A stretch of DNA of 64,000 nt from an uncultured Candidatus Saccharibacteria bacterium (GCA_964399295.1 CAYNQD010000001.1:463672-527671); one strand, 5' to 3'. Numbered from the stretch's first letter, positions 9,330 to 17,704 are shown. Notes: a model not told the origin generated them from the letters alone. A program made the numbers and translations.

Positions 9330-10883
9330 AAAGTTACGGATTGAATATAAATCGCTGTCGTCTTCATTTTTTGGAGGCATTTTTGCCGGCTCTGCTTTAG
9401 CTACCGGCTGTATAGGCGTAGGTTGAACCGGAGCGTTGGCAACTGGCCAAACATTTGTAGGAGCAGGCGCAGAGGGTGCGGGCTGCTGGACTGGTGTGTG
9501 CGGAGTGTGCAAATAGCCGTCTGGCTGATGATTGGCGATTTGCTCGTGTTCAACTGGTGTAATAAGAGGGACAGGCTGAGGGGCCGGAATTTGATTTGGA
9601 ACGTGAGCTTGAGCTGGCAAAGAAGACGACTGGGTTTCATTGGCATAAGCAGGAGCTGGTTCAGCCGCGACACTAGCTGGAGACGTTGGCGGTGTTGGAA
9701 AATCCACTGGCACAGGAGGTGTTGGCGCTGTCGTTATTGGTGTATATGTTGGTGTTGTCATCGACTCTGATGTCACCACTGGTTCCATGTCCGACATCGG
9801 TGTCGGTTCTGATTTTGGTAACGACACAAATTCTGATATCGTTTCCGGCTCTGATAGGAGTTCAGGTGTTGGTGTTGGTATTGATTCTGACACTGGCTCA
9901 ATATTTTCCCTCACCAGCGACACAGTATCATTTTGTGGCCAATAATTCTCCTCGTCTATTTTAGAGGAAAGGGTTTCGTCTTCCCGCATTGTGGTCAAGG
10001 GAGTGTGGGCGATTAGTTTATCCAACTCCTCACCTTCGCCGGTTTGTCGTCTGATATCATCATCTTTCATTCTGGACAGCATCAGTTCCAAATCTTCCAC
10101 TGAAAAATAATCAATGGTCAATTGTCCACCGTAATCGGTTTTTTGGATATGGACACGAGTGCCGAGAGTTTCCATAAAACGCTTTTCCATTTCAATCAAT
10201 TCCGTATCAAATTCACCGGGAATTTTCTTTCGTACCTTGTCGGTGGCAATCTTTCGTACTATTTTTTCTACTTCGCGCACAGATAATTTTTTGAGTATCG
10301 TTTCCCTGAAGACCACATCTTGCTCTTCCGGCTTATCATTGAGCATCAGCAGAGTGCGGGCGTGTCCTTCCGTCATTTCACCTTTTTTAATCGCGGTTAG
10401 CATGTATTCCGGCAGGCCCAGCAAGCGAATGGAGTTGGACACATATTCTCGACTTCGACCAACCTTTCTAGCCACTTGAGAATGAGACAAGCTAAAAGAA
10501 TCAGCCAACTGCTTGAAAGCAATGGCCCTATCCACGGCATTCAAATCTTCCCGCTGAAGATTCTCAATGATGGCCAATTCCAATTTTTCTTGGTCGTTAT
10601 TTTCACCCTCGCGAATAATGACCGGCACTTGTGATAAACCAGCCATTTTACTAGCCCGCAAACGCCTCTCTCCCGCCACCAATTCGTATTCTGTATAAAA
10701 AGTTCCATCCTCTCGCTGAATTTCATTACGAGTCACTGTCAAAGGTTGCAAAACCCCGTACATCTTTACCGAATCAGACAATTCTTGTAATTTTTGCTCG
10801 TCAAATTCACGCCGTGGCTGATACGGATTTGGAACTATCTTTTCTACTTCTACCCAAAAAATTGAATCTCCCTGGAATGCCAT
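9321..10883 (-). CDS. parB: ParB/Spo0J family partition protein with ~260-aa Pro/Thr/Ser-rich C-terminal tail
   Basis: ParB N-domain (GERRLRASKMAGLSQVPVIIREG) and HTH (SHSQVARKVGRSREYVSNSIRLL); the C-terminal half is low-complexity P/T/S/Q-rich. Confidence 0.8.
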   Translation of the reverse strand: MAFQGDSIFWVEVEKIVPNPYQPRREFDEQKLQELSDSVKMYGVLQPLTVTRNEIQREDGTFYTEYELVAGERRLRASKMAGLSQVPVIIREGENNDQEKLELAIIENLQREDLNAVDRAIAFKQLADSFSLSHSQVARKVGRSREYVSNSIRLLGLPEYMLTAIKKGEMTEGHARTLLMLNDKPEEQDVVFRETILKKLSVREVEKIVRKIATDKVRKKIPGEFDTELIEMEKRFMETLGTRVHIQKTDYGGQLTIDYFSVEDLELMLSRMKDDDIRRQTGEGEELDKLIAHTPLTTMREDETLSSKIDEENYWPQNDTVSLVRENIEPVSESIPTPTPELLSEPETISEFVSLPKSEPTPMSDMEPVVTSESMTTPTYTPITTAPTPPVPVDFPTPPTSPASVAAEPAPAYANETQSSSLPAQAHVPNQIPAPQPVPLITPVEHEQIANHQPDGYLHTPHTPVQQPAPSAPAPTNVWPVANAPVQPTPIQPVAKAEPAKMPPKNEDDSDLYSIRNFSV

Positions 10884-11091
10884 ACAAAAAAAACCGTAAA
10901 TAATTACCTCCGAACTTACGTTCGCTGTTATTCCACTATTCTAACACAAAACCAAAACTAGCAACTGTTTATAACTTTTATTTTTTTGGATATCTGGTAC
11001 ACTCTATTCTACCCATATCTTACCGCTGGAATGGTGGAATTGGTAATGAATTATCTGGGAGATAATTCATCCGTCGTTGAGAATATTTGAT

Positions 11092-11176
11092 GGGCGTGTG
11101 GCGGAATTGGTATACGCGCACGACTCAAAATCGTGTTCCGCAAGGATTGAGGGTTCGACTCCCTCCACGCCCACCA
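11092..11176 (+). tRNA. tRNA-Leu (anticodon CAA), type II with long variable arm, CCA encoded
   Basis: Manual fold: acceptor gggcgtg/cacgccc, anticodon loop ctCAAaa, T-loop ggttcgact. Confidence 0.75.
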
Positions 11177-11195
11177 AATATTCTTAAGACAAAAT

Positions 11196-11254
11196 TATTG
11201 ACTCAAAATCGCATGGCGCAAGCCTTGAGGGTTCAAGTCCCTCCTCCAGCACCA
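11196..11254 (+). pseudogene. tRNA-Leu-like 3-prime half fragment (anticodon loop, variable arm, T-arm, acceptor 3-prime strand, CCA) without a matching 5-prime half
   Basis: Sequence gactcaaaatcg..gagggttcaagtccctcctccagcacca parallels the upstream tRNA-Leu, but no complementary 5-prime acceptor strand (gctggag) is present. Confidence 0.5.
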
Positions 11255-11361
11255 TTAGGGAACTCATCGGCTTTTTGCTGGCGATTTTTCTGTGCAAAAC
11301 AAAAGGCGCGTTCATACTTACAAAATATAAACGCGCCTATAAACTCTTTAGCTGGCAGTAG

Positions 11362-11610
11362 CTATTGCCGCCACTGCCAGTGTTCCTCCGGAACCTCTAT
11401 AGATATTTTTTTGAACTCCGGAATATTCACAAAAATCGTGAGCGTTCCATCCTCATTGAGGACAGCCTGCTCATCGGGGATTGTTCCCGCATATCCCCTT
11501 GCCTGAAGTTTTTTGGCCTCCATCTCCGCCAACTTAAACCAGGCCATAGCAATATCTTCTGACACCATGACGGTGTCCAAATCTATCTCTTTACTCATTT
11601 CTTCCCCCAA
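11362..11610 (-). CDS. hypothetical acidic small protein (82 aa)
   Basis: Clean ORF; no motif. Confidence 0.4.
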   Translation of the reverse strand: MGEEMSKEIDLDTVMVSEDIAMAWFKLAEMEAKKLQARGYAGTIPDEQAVLNEDGTLTIFVNIPEFKKISIEVPEEHWQWRQ

Positions 11611-11652
11611 AAAAACAAAAATTGAATTTCTTTACCATAAAAAGTCCCTACT

Positions 11653-12039
11653 TCACCTTACCAATATCGCCAAGGTAATAAGTACCATTTCCAGCATCCA
11701 GATCAAAATACTGATTCTGGTACAAGAACTGGCACCGTCGTGCGCCAACCTTACGTATACCGAAAGATGGACGACGATCATTATCGCCCAGGTAGGGTTG
11801 CTCATAGAGCTGATATCATTAGCTGTCCAAGCCGCCCAAACATTGGGTAAAAAAATAATCGGCCCCGACAAGCAAATAATTGACAGCAAATTTTCGGCTT
11901 GCCAACTCGCCAAAAACTTCTCCGTAAGCCTGACAACGACTTTGGATAATTTTATTTCGAGAGCAACAACTCTGTTTAAAAATATAGTTGTTGCCCCAAC
12001 CAAATACGGTAAAAAACAATCTAAAACGTAAGCCTTCAC
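11653..12039 (-). CDS. hypothetical hydrophobic protein (128 aa); competes with the overlapping + strand ORF 11513..12031
   Basis: Co-oriented with the downstream 11362..11610 gene; strand choice is uncertain. Confidence 0.25.
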   Translation of the reverse strand: MKAYVLDCFLPYLVGATTIFLNRVVALEIKLSKVVVRLTEKFLASWQAENLLSIICLSGPIIFLPNVWAAWTANDISSMSNPTWAIMIVVHLSVYVRLAHDGASSCTRISILIWMLEMVLITLAILVR

Positions 12040-12110
12040 TTTCTTTTCCCCTTTTTAAAAAACAAAACGACCGTCATTATGACATAATTTTGCAAAACAG
12101 CAAGCCTGAA

Positions 12111-12180
12111 TCCCAACCCGACACACTATTTGCTTAGGCGCTTCGGAAACTCCGAAGCAAATAGTGTGTTGGGTTGGGAT
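12111..12180. repeat. long imperfect palindrome/stem-loop (about 26-bp arms atcccaacccgacacactatttgctt ... aagcaaatagtgtgttgggttgggat with an inner cttcgg/ccgaag hairpin)
   Basis: Read directly; one G/T wobble in the long stem; a T-tract follows about 20 nt downstream; lies upstream of miaA. Confidence 0.7.
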
Positions 12181-12231
12181 GTGCGTGAGCGAGTGTAGCC
12201 CTTTTTTTATATTTACGATACACTCTTTCTC

Positions 12232-13128
12232 ATGAATAAGCCCAAAGTCTTAGCCGTGGTCGGCCCCACTGCTTCCGGCAAATCAGCCTTGGCGGTAGAA
12301 ATCGCCCGACATTTTGATGGCGAGATTATTTCCGCCGACTCGCGCCAAGTCTATCGTGGTCTGGATATTGGTTCTGGAAAAATAACGCCTGCGGAAATGA
12401 AAGGCGCTCTCCATCACTTATTGGACATCGCTGATCCGATGGATAATTATACCGGCGCTGATTTCGTAAAAGATGCTAAGCTGGCTATTTCCGATATTTT
12501 AAGCCGTGGAAAATTGCCGATCATCGCTGGCGGGACTTTTTTCTACATTGAGTTGCTCAAAGGCGCCAGCCAAGCCGCGCCGGTAAAACCAAATCCAGCT
12601 CTGCGCGCAAAACTGGAAGAATTGACCACCGAACAACTTTTCCAAAAACTGCAAATCTTAGATAAAGACCGCGCCGAGAATATCGACAAGTTTAATCGTC
12701 GCCGAATGATTCGTTCGTTGGAAATTATCGACGCTTTGGGTGAAGTGCCCAAAATAAAAAAATTCGACTCGCCTTACGATTGGCTCACTATCGGTATTGA
12801 TATAAGCAAAAGCCAGCTGGAATCAAGGATTGAAAACAGACTAAACGAAAGATTAAATCAAGGCATGGTTGAAGAAGTTAAAACTTTGCTTGAGAGCGGA
12901 GTTGATTCAAAGTGGCTATGTGACCTCGGTCTGGAATATCGTTATCTGACAGAATATTTGCAAAATAAAATCACCCTTGAAGAAATGAAAATTCTAATCA
13001 AGACCAAAAGCCGACAATTTGCCAAACGCCAGCTTACTTGGCTGAAAAGAGACAGAGACATAATTTGGAAGCCGTTTCCTGTCGGTTTTGAAGAAGTAAA
13101 GTCTGAGCTAAAACTTTTTTACCAATAA
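12232..13128 (+). CDS. miaA: tRNA dimethylallyltransferase
   Basis: P-loop VVGPTASGKSALAVEIARHFDGEIISADSRQVYRGLDIGSGKIT and the conserved MiaA core. Confidence 0.9.
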   Translation: MNKPKVLAVVGPTASGKSALAVEIARHFDGEIISADSRQVYRGLDIGSGKITPAEMKGALHHLLDIADPMDNYTGADFVKDAKLAISDILSRGKLPIIAGGTFFYIELLKGASQAAPVKPNPALRAKLEELTTEQLFQKLQILDKDRAENIDKFNRRRMIRSLEIIDALGEVPKIKKFDSPYDWLTIGIDISKSQLESRIENRLNERLNQGMVEEVKTLLESGVDSKWLCDLGLEYRYLTEYLQNKITLEEMKILIKTKSRQFAKRQLTWLKRDRDIIWKPFPVGFEEVKSELKLFYQ

Positions 13129-13218
13129 ATCATAACCACAACAAAACCGCCCGGAAAAGTTGACCAAACGACTCCTTTCCCCTACTATTACCCAACACCT
13201 AAAAAGATAATTGAAAAA

Positions 13219-13290
13219 GGGCCTATAGTTTAGTGGTAGAATGCTGGTCTCCAAAACCAGCGGCCGAGGTTCGAGTCCTCGTGGGCCCGC
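13219..13290 (+). tRNA. tRNA-Trp (anticodon CCA)
   Basis: Acceptor gggccta/tgggccc (one G-U), anticodon loop ctCCAaa, T-loop ggttcgagtcc. Confidence 0.75.
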
Positions 13291-13294
13291 CGAT

Positions 13295-13609
13295 TTAAGT
13301 CAGCGCGATATGTCGCAAGTAATCAGACAAGGTTCTAAAGCCAGCTTTGATTGCTCTTTCTTCTATTTTCAACTTATCCTCAGGGGAAATACGAAAACGC
13401 ACGATATCACTTTGTTTATCTTTTTTTTCTTTTTCAGCAACAATAAGACTTGGTAAGTCTATCAATAAGTCGGCCACGTCTTCCTTCAAAAAATCTTGGT
13501 CAATTCGAGCAGCTTCACAATTAATATGAACCACCTGATTAGTCTTTTCCATTAAAGAGTATGTGTATTTTTTATTTTGAACAGTGATTGAAGAGAGAAA
13601 TTTTTTCAT
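13295..13609 (-). CDS. hicB: HicB-like antitoxin with C-terminal ribbon-helix-helix DNA-binding domain
   Basis: C-terminal RHH motif (RFRISPEDKLKIEERAIKAGFRTLSDYLRHIAL); immediately downstream of hicA in the same orientation. Confidence 0.5.
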   Translation of the reverse strand: MKKFLSSITVQNKKYTYSLMEKTNQVVHINCEAARIDQDFLKEDVADLLIDLPSLIVAEKEKKDKQSDIVRFRISPEDKLKIEERAIKAGFRTLSDYLRHIALT

Positions 13610-13635
13610 ATTTTTATTTTAATGCTATTTTCTAA

Positions 13636-13884
13636 TTATGTATTGTTGTTTGATATTTTGAATATATATTCTTTTGCCTGTTCTTTATAAAAATCTTTGC
13701 ATTCGTTATTATGTACAGGAATAATTAAATCGTACCGAAGTTTGTCGTGACTATATTTTATATGACTACCTTTCGCGGGAATTTGAACAAAACCATAATA
13801 CTTTAAAATTATCACCAAATCTCTATATTTGATTGACTTTGGCCTTTGTAGAAATTTCTGAACTAATTTCTCTTTCTGTGACAT
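13636..13884 (-). CDS. hicA: HicA family (YcfA-like) mRNA interferase toxin
   Basis: HicA signature (YRDLVIILKYYGFVQIPAKGSHIKYSH...LIIPVH). Confidence 0.65.
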   Translation of the reverse strand: MSQKEKLVQKFLQRPKSIKYRDLVIILKYYGFVQIPAKGSHIKYSHDKLRYDLIIPVHNNECKDFYKEQAKEYIFKISNNNT

Positions 13885-13956
13885 CGTAATAAATTACCTA
13901 ATAATAGGCTATATTATATAAAAATGTAGCTACATGTCAAAGAGCATTAACGTGCC

Positions 13957-13991
13957 CAAAACAACACGTTTTTAAGTAACGTGTTGTTTTT
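13957..13991. terminator. hairpin aaaacaacacgtt-loop-aacgtgttgtttt followed by a T-run; putative terminator
   Basis: 13-bp inverted repeat followed by tttttg. Confidence 0.5.
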
Positions 13992-14012
13992 GTCTTTAGT
14001 GAACAAAGGAAA

Positions 14013-14918
14013 TTAATGATTGCCAACAAAGGAGATATCCCAGTGATCTGGTGGCCCATGGCGGTAGTAAATATTTCCGTCCGGATCTTGCCATTTAGAA
14101 TTAGAACCAGAGACCCTAGTAAAATTATTCATAATATAATTATTTACGCTGCTATCTTTCGAGGATAAGTCAATCTTATATCCATTGCCGTGACTATAAT
14201 CACCAGAAGCATGTCCGGCCTCAGTCCCCCCCGTAACAATAATCGGCCCACCAAAGCCTTGCTGAAATTTATTCAGTCCATTAATTGTATTTTGCTGGAT
14301 ACCATCAAGTGATGTGCAGTTCGTCCTGGTCCTATCTGAACACTCACCACTTGAGCGGACAGTTATACCATTATTTAAATTACTTACCGCATCAGCGTGA
14401 GTATACTGACCAGCTGAAGGCGGGGGCGTAGGAGCTCCCGTAGTAGGGACATAAACATCATCGCTCGCATTGCGAGAATACTGAAGTCCGTCCGTCTGAA
14501 GCTGACATTGCACCTCAGCCCAAGGGCCCCAGCCCGATATTTGTCCTGCTGTAGGACCACTACCCACCAGACCTCTCATTATGGTGTCAATGAGCAACCA
14601 AGAAGCCATCACAATAATGAGTCCAATAATCGCATTTTGAAATTTTGTTTTGGCCGCGTCGAGCGCCGTTTGATTGCCACCAGAAGTCACAAGCCCAAAA
14701 CCGGCAACCAATAGTAAAACAGCGAAAATCAAAAAAATAATCCCAAACAACCAAACAACAATCCCATTCACCATGTCTATCAAATTACAAAAACTGCAAT
14801 CAGTACCATCACAGGTCAAGAATCCGCCATAGGGAACAGCATTGGCGGTATCAAGTGGAGCCAAAACCAAAATAAACGCTATCGCAACAAAACTCAGACC
14901 TTTAAAAAAATTTTTCAT
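14013..14918 (-). CDS. secreted/membrane protein: signal peptide, Cys-rich VirB2/TrbC-like two-helix hairpin, C-terminal putative Zn metallopeptidase-like cell-wall hydrolase domain
   Basis: N-terminus MKNFFKGLSFVAIAFILVLAPLDTANA then CDGTDCSFC followed by two hydrophobic helices. C-terminal His/Asp motifs (YSHGNGYKIDLS ... RHGPPDHWD) resemble LAS/M15-type peptidases; that assignment is tentative. Confidence 0.5.
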   Translation of the reverse strand: MKNFFKGLSFVAIAFILVLAPLDTANAVPYGGFLTCDGTDCSFCNLIDMVNGIVVWLFGIIFLIFAVLLLVAGFGLVTSGGNQTALDAAKTKFQNAIIGLIIVMASWLLIDTIMRGLVGSGPTAGQISGWGPWAEVQCQLQTDGLQYSRNASDDVYVPTTGAPTPPPSAGQYTHADAVSNLNNGITVRSSGECSDRTRTNCTSLDGIQQNTINGLNKFQQGFGGPIIVTGGTEAGHASGDYSHGNGYKIDLSSKDSSVNNYIMNNFTRVSGSNSKWQDPDGNIYYRHGPPDHWDISFVGNH

Positions 14919-14940
14919 ATCAATAATAATTTACTATTTA

Positions 14941-15936
14941 TCATAATTTTTCCGCTATTTTGTTAATGTTTTCCACATAATGGCGAGTCTCTTTGTAGCC
15001 GGTGTTGGGGGTACAGCTGGTATTGCTCGTACCATAGCAACCGGAGCTATCCCACTCACACTGCCAACCTTTTAGCCCGGGACAATCCTTACTCGGTAAA
15101 TTGGCTTTTGGGCCGCCATTGTAAGCAGCTAGAGCTAGGTCGGTATCACCGCCGTAATCATTATACAATTGGTTAAAATATTTAGCGCTGAGAGCTAGAT
15201 TATAAGCATCGTCGTCACGTAATTTTGCCGCTATTTGCGCTTGGGTCATGCCCGCCAAATCAGGATCGAGACCTCGCGCCGTGCTGACCAATAATTGCCC
15301 ACAACCATAGGCTGTCCCGAAATTTGTAGCTGGCCCAGTCTTATTTGTGCAGTTACTGGATTCCTGAGAAATTAGGGATTTGAAGATTTTTTGTTGCGCG
15401 GGATCGGTTATGCCATTTGCCGCGGCGGCGGCTTCAATATCTGTCTGTAGGCTGCCGGAGCTACTGATTCCATTGACCCGGTTACTGATTTCTGAAGATG
15501 ACAAGACTTTTTCATTATCCCCAGAAGCAGTTCTTCTGGCCGCGGCTTGAGCTGTCGGCTGAGCTACGCACTGGATATCATTCCAAACACCATAAGTGGG
15601 ATCATCGACCATTACTTTCATTCCAAAATCCACAATCAGCCAGCCCGCCAAAAATATAATGTATCCAACAATGACATTGGCTATTATCCTTTTAGCTTGA
15701 GTTTTTGCTTCCACCGCGCCGACAGACGAAACCAGCCTCAGTCCCATGACGGCAATAATCAAGGCTACGATGATAAACAACACCACTCCGAGCCAATCGA
15801 CAACATTATTAATCAACTTAACAACAGAACAAAACTGACAAGGGTCTTCCCCCGGACCGCCACAAGGCACCAAGCCCGCCGCTGCTGTCATCTCTGGCAA
15901 GGCAATAATCAAAGCGACAAAAACAGCTTTCAACAT
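14941..15936 (-). CDS. paralogous VirB2/TrbC-like N-terminal hairpin fused to a family-1 lytic transglycosylase (SLT) domain
   Basis: N-terminus shares the CGGPGEDPCQFC plus two-helix architecture with the neighbouring gene. C-terminal SLT motifs (ISQESS, GCGQLL, AAYNGG). Confidence 0.65.
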   Translation of the reverse strand: MLKAVFVALIIALPEMTAAAGLVPCGGPGEDPCQFCSVVKLINNVVDWLGVVLFIIVALIIAVMGLRLVSSVGAVEAKTQAKRIIANVIVGYIIFLAGWLIVDFGMKVMVDDPTYGVWNDIQCVAQPTAQAAARRTASGDNEKVLSSSEISNRVNGISSSGSLQTDIEAAAAANGITDPAQQKIFKSLISQESSNCTNKTGPATNFGTAYGCGQLLVSTARGLDPDLAGMTQAQIAAKLRDDDAYNLALSAKYFNQLYNDYGGDTDLALAAYNGGPKANLPSKDCPGLKGWQCEWDSSGCYGTSNTSCTPNTGYKETRHYVENINKIAEKL

Positions 15937-16049
15937 ATATTACAAATAGTAGCACACCAACCCTTTCAAAAATGGTCAGGGTGTGGTAATTTATACCCTA
16001 CGTGTCATCTGGATAACGAATCCAGAAATAAACACAAAAAAAATAATGC

Positions 16050-16134
16050 GCGTCGGTGGTGGAGTGGTCAATCACAACAGACTGTAAATCTGTCGGCAAA
16101 TGCCTTCGCTGGTTCGAATCCAGCCCGGCGCACC
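16050..16134 (+). tRNA. tRNA-Tyr (anticodon GTA), type II long variable arm
   Basis: Acceptor gcgtcgg/ccggcgc (one U-G), D-stem gtgg/tcac, anticodon loop ctGTAaa, T-loop ggttcgaatcc, discriminator A then CC. Confidence 0.7.
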
Positions 16135-16209
16135 TTATTGATATCATAAAGACCCTTCGACAGGGAAAAGGTATGGGGTGAGGCAGTAGCCGCTGAGCGA
16201 GCGTATACC

Positions 16210-16407
16210 ATGCTCGCTACCATTCGCAACAGACACCCCCGTGTCAAGATTAGACAGGTAACTGTTGAAAATGAAATCATAACCGTGACGCTAGTGAACG
16301 ACACTAGAGTACGATTTGATCCGGCTTTCCCTGTGCCAGTTTGGGAGTATCCGGAAGAAAAAAGAAACACCAGCCCGATTAATTCGCGATATTATAATTA
16401 CGAATAA
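16210..16407 (+). CDS. hypothetical small protein (65 aa), doubtful
   Basis: ORF in a locally GC-richer intergenic stretch; could instead be structured RNA. Confidence 0.2.
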   Translation: MLATIRNRHPRVKIRQVTVENEIITVTLVNDTRVRFDPAFPVPVWEYPEEKRNTSPINSRYYNYE

Positions 16408-16495
16408 ACTTTTAGTATTTTGGCCAGAAAGCAAAATACTACCCTTAAAACATACAACGGGCACTCCGTTGTATGTTTTTCATTTGTTGGCAAAA

Positions 16496-17572
16496 TTATT
16501 TATCAGACCGTTCAATAACCTCAAATTTTCTGGTGCTTAAGTCGGTAAAACCTGTCAGTATCTGCAGATGTGGCACCAGATCCGGCACTTTATCCCTGAT
16601 AATATTCTGTGCAAACTCACTGAGAAACAACGCTTTTTCCCTGGCCAGATGATATTCCGGACCCGCTTCATCACGAAACGCGGCTGAGGTCAATAAGACA
16701 ATTCCATTTGGATCGACGCGACCGTCATCAATATTCCCTTTCAGAAGTCTTGCCGCTGTCTCAATAGCAACCGATAAATTCGGATCAAACGGTCCTACAA
16801 TAAATGCTGTATTAATCGCATGCAACCAGTCAAATCCACGCCCCACACCCAGAACCCATTCTTTATGCTCAGCATCTTCAGTGGGTCTGTTAGATGCACG
16901 AATTTCAGCAATATGCCTGATATTGCCACGAACAAGCGGAATCAGATCCCGTACAATCCGTTCGGGCATGGCCGGATACAGGGAATAGAGCAACTCCTCC
17001 AACTCCAACTGCGAAGATTGCTTGATTTTCGCCAGATCGACAACTGTTTCTACATCTTCACCATGTAAAATCAGCGCGTCCAGATCAGTTTCAATACCAC
17101 AGACAATGGGCATTACAGCGCCGCCCCTGCCATAAACGCGGATAAACTGATCTTTGAGCTTGATTGCGGCATCTCTGGCCGCGTTGGTATCATAGTTAAA
17201 ACCACGACAACCACGATGCGTATCACCACGCGCATAATGATAGGTTACAAAAACCAGGCAGTGCCTGCCACGTCCGATCGAATACTGCACCCATTGTTCA
17301 ATTATATTTTGAAAAAAAGGCCAGCCCAGATCAAATTTACCGCCCAGATTACGGAACGGTTGAATAATACCCAGTGCAGTTTGCGTCATCACCGGCAAAT
17401 GCAGTCGGCCATCCATGCATTTAAGCGCAGCTATTTCAGTTGGATGCTCGCCCCTGTATCTGCGACGTTCGGATGAAAGGTCCATAAAAGCCTGCGAATG
17501 CCTGGCATTCAAATCAAGTAGGTAATCGATACCTGTATTTTGTGTAGTCATAATACACGAGCATAATAACAT
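16496..17572 (-). CDS. hypothetical protein with beta-carbonic-anhydrase-like zinc-ligand motifs
   Basis: CxDxR (KCMDGRL) and HxxC (GDTHRGCRGF) spaced as in beta-class carbonic anhydrases, but at 358 aa it is much longer than canonical beta-CA; tentative. Confidence 0.35.
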   Translation of the reverse strand: MLLCSCIMTTQNTGIDYLLDLNARHSQAFMDLSSERRRYRGEHPTEIAALKCMDGRLHLPVMTQTALGIIQPFRNLGGKFDLGWPFFQNIIEQWVQYSIGRGRHCLVFVTYHYARGDTHRGCRGFNYDTNAARDAAIKLKDQFIRVYGRGGAVMPIVCGIETDLDALILHGEDVETVVDLAKIKQSSQLELEELLYSLYPAMPERIVRDLIPLVRGNIRHIAEIRASNRPTEDAEHKEWVLGVGRGFDWLHAINTAFIVGPFDPNLSVAIETAARLLKGNIDDGRVDPNGIVLLTSAAFRDEAGPEYHLAREKALFLSEFAQNIIRDKVPDLVPHLQILTGFTDLSTRKFEVIERSDK

Positions 17573-17704
17573 GCAAGCAACACTCTACAAATTGCAGCTG
17601 TTAAATTGAACAGAAAAGCCTTTATTTTTTCAAAAAACATGTTACCGTATGGGTCGGTTGTTGTTTTTTAAGTTCTATCTAATTTTTTATAGAGAGGTTT
17701 AGAA

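Noticed and set aside
9401-9964. Three nested ORFs (9401..9673 -, 9423..9770 +, 9686..9964 +) inside parB
   Set aside because: They are artefacts of the Pro/Thr-rich repetitive coding region of the ParB tail. Their translations are Cys/Trp/Arg-rich nonsense (CWRCRYWCICWCCH).
11087-11506. 139-aa + strand ORF spanning tRNA-Leu and the tRNA fragment
   Set aside because: It overlaps a well-folded tRNA gene and a tRNA-like remnant; the translation is low-complexity (RVRLPPRPPN...); spurious.
11513-12031. 172-aa + strand ORF versus 128-aa - strand ORF at 11.5-12.0 kb
   Set aside because: Neither has a recognisable motif. The + ORF overlaps the better-supported 11362..11610 minus gene by about 100 nt, so the minus ORF was retained at low confidence.
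13241-13456. 71-aa + strand ORF overlapping tRNA-Trp and the hicB-like gene
   Set aside because: Overlaps the tRNA and runs antisense to a better-supported gene; product is poly-F low complexity.
16150-16500. Possible structured RNA (tmRNA/RNase P/SRP) downstream of tRNA-Tyr
   Set aside because: The stretch is locally GC-richer, but I could not find the conserved tmRNA ends, the RNase P GGAAAGUCCGG / AGGGUGAAA blocks or the 4.5S GGUGCUGUUUACC core by eye, so no RNA call was made.
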